Below, in pieces: positions 58,738 through 64,000 of a DNA stretch of 64,000 bases (its first letter is position 1; every line of letters starts with the position of its first letter). Position numbers and translations under genes: made by a program. The notes below the pieces were generated by a model. That model ran no database searches, had not been told where the DNA came from, and saw only the letters and a list, made by a program, of their open reading frames with translations. The DNA comes from Eledone cirrhosa (taxonomy: Eukaryota), in the NCBI GenBank assembly GCA_964016885.1, contig OZ024743.1, positions 193,254,001 to 193,318,000 of the forward strand, read 5' to 3'.

Positions 58738-59964
58738 TATATTGCCTAGTGTCTGTAATGTCCAAGTTCTCTCTTAAATATCTACAAACAACCTTGTCTC
58801 AATATATTTTTTATCATCATCAGTTATCATTATCATAATCAATTTTACATGCCTTTCTATTATGTTATAAGAAAGACATGACTTTTTGAAGAAGAATTCT
58901 AAAGCCAGATGTTCTTCTTGATGCTAAACCCCACTTATTTTTTCAAGTAAGGTAATAATCTGGAATGTATAACCAATTGCAATGGCAAATATAAAGAGAA
59001 GAGAAACATACACACATGTACATACATATACAATTTTTGCCTACCAAATCCTCTCCCAAGCAGAAGACACTTGCCAAAAATTCTGCTTCATGCAACAGAA
59101 CCAAATACCATGTGATTGTGAAGCAAACTTCTTAACCACACAGCCATGCCTACCTTATGAAACACAATTTCTGACCCAACAGAAGAACAGGTTATTTGGT
59201 TTAAGCACTTGACTGTTGTGTCTATGTTATCTCAACAGGATTACACACATATGTAATCAAGTTAGTTGAATAGACAGATGACTTCTTTATTTACATATAT
59301 AAAATAGATAGCAGACCTTCCCCATAATGACGTTAACATCTTAGATAAATTATAATAAACTGGTATGTTGGCAGATATAGTGAGAGCATCAGACTAAATG
59401 CCGTATATTATTTAGCTTAATTCATGTATGTTTTCAGTTCAATTTTAGTCTCAACTTTGCCTTTCAACCCACTGGATTTCATCTATTTATATATTGATTA
59501 ACAAATTATTTACTGGAGCTATTTTGATCTACATTTTTGATAAAAAGAATAAAAAGAAATCAATTTTAGAGATAAAGTAAACTATATATCTAAATAATAT
59601 TATGAAAACAAGAATAAACATGAAATTTGTATTGAATAAAACCATATCAGTATTAGTTTAGTATTTCATCCTCATAAAATCAATAAAATAAAATAAATTC
59701 ATATATATAAAGAATTATTAAGCTGACGATAAGAGCAACATTGACATGATGCTTAATAACAGAAGTCAAAATAAATACTAAAAATTACAAAATATGACTA
59801 TCTACAATATATAAATATATATATAGTAGGAGAATAATTGACACTGGATATATCCACTAGGGCTTTAACAAGGTGCTTTAAAGCTCGATGTGTTATTCAC
59901 ATAAAATCCTGCATGTCACAAAATCCAGGGTGTAATTCATGGAGTATAGTGCTGGTAGTTACAT

Positions 59965-60311
59965 TTCATCATCATCATTATTTCATTTTACGTCCGCTTT
60001 TTTTGCCTGCTTTCAAGGGTGGGACGGGAACTGATTCTGGCTTGATTTCTACAGCTGGATGCCCTTCCTAACACCAACCTCATTTACAGTGAGTGCTGGG
60101 TGCTTTTTTGCCGTGGCACCTACACGTCCACTTTACAGTGGAATGATATGGACCCCAGTCCCTATCATCTCATTTCTACAGCTGAGTAAACTGGAGCAAT
60201 GTGAAATAAAGTGTTTTGCTCAAGGAAACAACACATCGCCCGGTCTGACAATTGAACTCACAACCTTTCGATTGCAAGGCCAATGCTCTAACCACTAAGC
60301 CATGTGCCTCC
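59965..60311 (-). mobile_element. SINE S1 copy 3
   Basis: Near-identical to the other S1 copies. Confidence 0.9.
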
Positions 60312-61269
60312 GTTTCTATGTTATTAACCTTTTCTATTATATTGGTTTAAACCCATTGATATTTTTAGATTTCACAACCTCTACATCTGTTAAATTCATT
60401 AAGATTTCCTCTTCAAAATGATTTTTAAGCACACAATATATTCATATTTGTGCTTTTTACTTCCAAGACTTATAGACTTATGTAGTTTCTATACAGCCAA
60501 GTTTTTCTAACTTTTACTTTTGCATAGTACATTTTTGAAAACATTATAGGCATTGAAATGGATTTTCTAGCACCTTAATTTTGTATCTTGGCCTTGAGTG
60601 GTTGTGATGCTTAAAAAAATGTTAATCAAACCTTCAGTCTCTGGCTTAATGTTGACACTATTGTAAAATAAATTTATTTATTTTTTTTCTTTTAACATTT
60701 TAGTTTTACTTCCTTACTTATCCCAAAAATTTAATCACTTTTAAAATTTGTTTTCTTGAATACAAATTTCAGTAAATCACCTTCTGTCCATATCATTTTG
60801 CAACCATTTGTCCGAACATGATTCTTATCTTTTCGAAGTTTAGTTATATAGAAAATAATCTTTACCAATAATGGCAAAATTTGGCTGATACCAATAATTA
60901 CAAAAACAAAGTAAGTTATTATTTAAGTTGCTTGTAAAACAAATTCTGCTATTGAAAAAAATAACATTTTTGTCTTTAGGACTTCTTCTTAACTATATAT
61001 TTTCAACCAAAATATCTTATTTAATAAGGTCAACTTTGCCTTTCCAAGTCGATAAAAAAGTATCAGTCAAGTACTGGAGTCAATTCTTCCTCTATATTTC
61101 TTTTGCACTTCTGTTCCCTCACTTTCTATCCTCCCCTGGAAGAAATCTGCTGTATTCAGACCTGGAGAGGAGATGGGCTCTGTCAGGTTTAAAAAATGTC
61201 CAAGAAATGCCGTATGTCAATATGGCACCCCGATGACTCCCTCAGGGGTTACGGAGACCATACTATATA

Positions 61270-61604
61270 TATCATCATCATTTTACGTCCGCTTTTCCCT
61301 GCTTGCAAGGGTGGGACGGGAACTGATTCTGGCTTGATTTCTACAGCTGGATGCCCTTCCTAACACCAACCTCATTTAGAGTGAGTGCTGGGTGCTTTTT
61401 TGCCATGTCACCTCCACGACCACTTTGCAGTGGAATGATAGGGACCCCCAGTTCCTATCATCTCATTTCTACAGCTGAGTAAACTGGAGCAATGTGAAAT
61501 AAAGTGTCTTGCTCAAGGAAACAACACATCACCCGGTCTGAGAATTGAACTCACAACCTTTCGATTGCAAGACCAATGCTCTAACTACTAAGTCATATGC
61601 CTCC
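61270..61604 (-). mobile_element. SINE S1 copy 4
   Basis: Near-identical to the other S1 copies. Confidence 0.9.
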
Positions 61605-61669
61605 ATATATATATATATGTGTGTGTGTGTGTATGTATGTATATATATGTGTGTGTGTGAGTATGTATA

Positions 61670-61715
<46 letters not shown>

Positions 61716-62085
61716 AGTGTATATATATATTATGCAAAGGTACTGATACATATTAAATATGTAACAATCATGTTTCTCAATAAAAAAGCTTGATGCTCAA
61801 TAACGCAATACCAAAACCAGTAGTTGGTAATTGATAATCAATTAATTAGATCAATATTTTGCGTTAATCTTTGATTTTACGAAATGGCCATCTGGAGATC
61901 AATAAATTTAGTACCATCTATGTATATTTTTCTATATATGTGTACAAAATGCTGTGTTTCTCAAAAGATATATGCTTTTTTTCTACTCTCTTTATATATC
62001 TTTTAACCTTGTCCCACCCTTGCAAGCAGGGAAAAGCGGACATAAAATGATGAGGATGATTGTGTGTGTGTGTGCACGTGTATAT

Positions 62086-64000
62086 ATCATCATCATCATC
62101 ATCATCATCAACGTTTAACATCCGTGTTCCACGCTTGCATGGGTTTGGACGGGGGTTTTCCCACTTGAGGCAAGAGTGATTGTCTTGCTCGCATAGGACT
62201 GTCTGGCAGGTTTTCTACAGTTGGATGCCCTCCCTAACACCAACCACATTTACAGTGTGGGTCTGGGAGGTTTTTACCGTGTTGCCTACACGGCCACATT
62301 ACAGCGTGGACTGTGTGTTTTTTGTCGTGACACCTACACGATCTCATTTGTTTCGGCCTGGATTTTGTGGCACCAACATAACTTTACATAGAAGGGGGCG
62401 GTGTGGATGGGGTGGGGGTGGTGGGACGGGGGTGTATTTTGTTAGAGATGCCTACTGACTGTAGTAGGTTTTACTTTGTATTTAGGTAAGGCGGGTCTTC
62501 TCTATTACTGAGTACCGCCAAAGGTCTCGGTCCAGTGACATTGTCTTGGTGAGGTGTAAGTGTGTGAGGTCGGAGTTTATCAGCTCGTCCCAGGTTTTTC
62601 TGGGTCTGCCTATTCCGTGGCTACCGTCTATCTTTATTGCCCTGCACTTTGTTATACAGCTATCGTCCTTCATGCGCATCATGTGACCATACCAACGTAG
62701 CCTTCTCTCTAGTAAACAACATCTGATCCCTCTTATTTCTAATTTTTTCCTTAGTTCGTTTATGCTTTGTCGTTCACGTATATTACTATTACACATCCAG
62801 CGGAGCATGCAAGCTTCGTTTCTCTCTAGTCTGCGTATATCCTCTGCACACAATGCCCAGGTCTCACTGCCATGCAACATTGCTGTTCGTATGCAGGCAT
62901 CGTACAGCCTGCCTTTCATTTTTAGGGAGAACCCTTTAGCGGCTAATAGTGGTATAAGCTCTCTGAACTTTTTCCACCCAGTTCTGACTCTAGCTACTGT
63001 ACTTTCAGAGCACCCTCCCCCACTGCTGATTTTGTCACCCAGGTAACGGAAGCTGTCCACTATTTCTATAGAACCCTCTGCGCAGTTGAAAGAGCTAGTA
63101 TTCCGTGGGCACTTGCTGCTACTTATTGCCCCAGAACACCGGCCACATGTAAAATCTATGTTCTTAGCTAGCTTACCTGTGATCCCACTACATCTTTTAT
63201 GCACCCAAACTTTGCATTTGGGACACAAAATGGAATTTCTACCTACGCCTTTCCTACACTCTGCGCATGGCCACTTCCCGGAGGGGACCGCCGCCTTATT
63301 TTCTTTCTTACAAACTAGAACTTTAGTCTTAGCCAGGTTAATTTTAAGGCCTTTTGATTCTAGGCCGTGCTTCCATGTTTGGAATTTCTTCTCTAGGTCG
63401 GCCATTGATTCAGCTATGAGCGTTAGATCATCTGCATATAGGAGTTCCCATGGGCAGCCGGTCTTGAACTCCACTGTTATAGCCTGGAGGGCAATAATAA
63501 ATAGTAGGTGGCTAAGAACAGAGCCCTGATGAACACCAACTTTTACACTAAACTCTTCACTATATTCGTTGTTAATTCTAACCTTGCTGACTGTTTCTTT
63601 ATACATGGCTTGTATAGCTCTCACAAGCCATTCATCAACACCTAGTTTTCTAAGAGCCCACCAGATAATGGAACGGGGGACTCTGTCGAAGGCCTTCTCC
63701 AAGTCGACGAAAGCTAAGTATAGGGGTTTACTTTTAGCTAGGTACTTCTCCTGTAGTTGTCGTACAATGAAAAGAGCGTCTGTGGTACTTTTTCCTGACA
63801 CAAACCCGAACTGCATTTCATCTAGATCAATTCGCTCTCTGATTAGTTGCGCTATTACTTTTTCCGTGACCTTCATGACCTGGTCGATTAATTTAATGCC
63901 TCTATAGTTACTCCTATCTAGGGCATCTCCTTTACCCTTATAACAGTTAACGATAATGCTGCTACGCCAGTCCTTCGGAACAACCCCATTCTGTATGACT
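62086..64000 (-). mobile_element. RTE-clade LINE, family A; ORF2 open from the window edge to the stop at 62482
   Basis: ORF 62482..63876 extends stop-free upstream (VPKDWRSSIIVNCYKGKGDALDRSNYRGIKL) to the edge; same 3'UTR and (GAT)n tail as 319-1999. Confidence 0.96.

Noticed and set aside
52620-62000. A second protein-coding gene upstream of VPS13D
   Set aside because: Only short low-complexity or repeat-derived ORFs, with no recognisable motifs or chain of phase-compatible exons

Overview
AT-rich, repeat-dense eukaryotic genomic DNA. The SINE and RTE families look like those of octopod cephalopods, but the taxon is inferred, not proven. The host gene is a VPS13D ortholog on the minus strand. 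I read 25 coding exons by hand, from the ATG at 52610 down to about 2200. All have GT-AG junctions with consistent phases and give 3124 nt (about 1041 codons) with no stop; the gene continues off the left edge. Introns hold several RTE-clade LINE families with (GAT)n tails, CR1-clade LINE copies, CRE-like and I-group LINE scraps, at least four SINE families, piggyBac-, hAT- and Tc1/mariner-type MITEs, and microsatellites. The most notable feature is that every RTE copy spanning the region carries an intact C4HC3 PHD-type zinc finger inside the reverse transcriptase, between motifs 6 and 7. The window also shows modular SINEs sharing 3' tails with these RTEs, nested insertions with readable target-site duplications (TSDs), and inverted copies that could form dsRNA in the VPS13D pre-mRNA. 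No CRISPR, rRNA, bona fide tRNA or prokaryotic features are supported.
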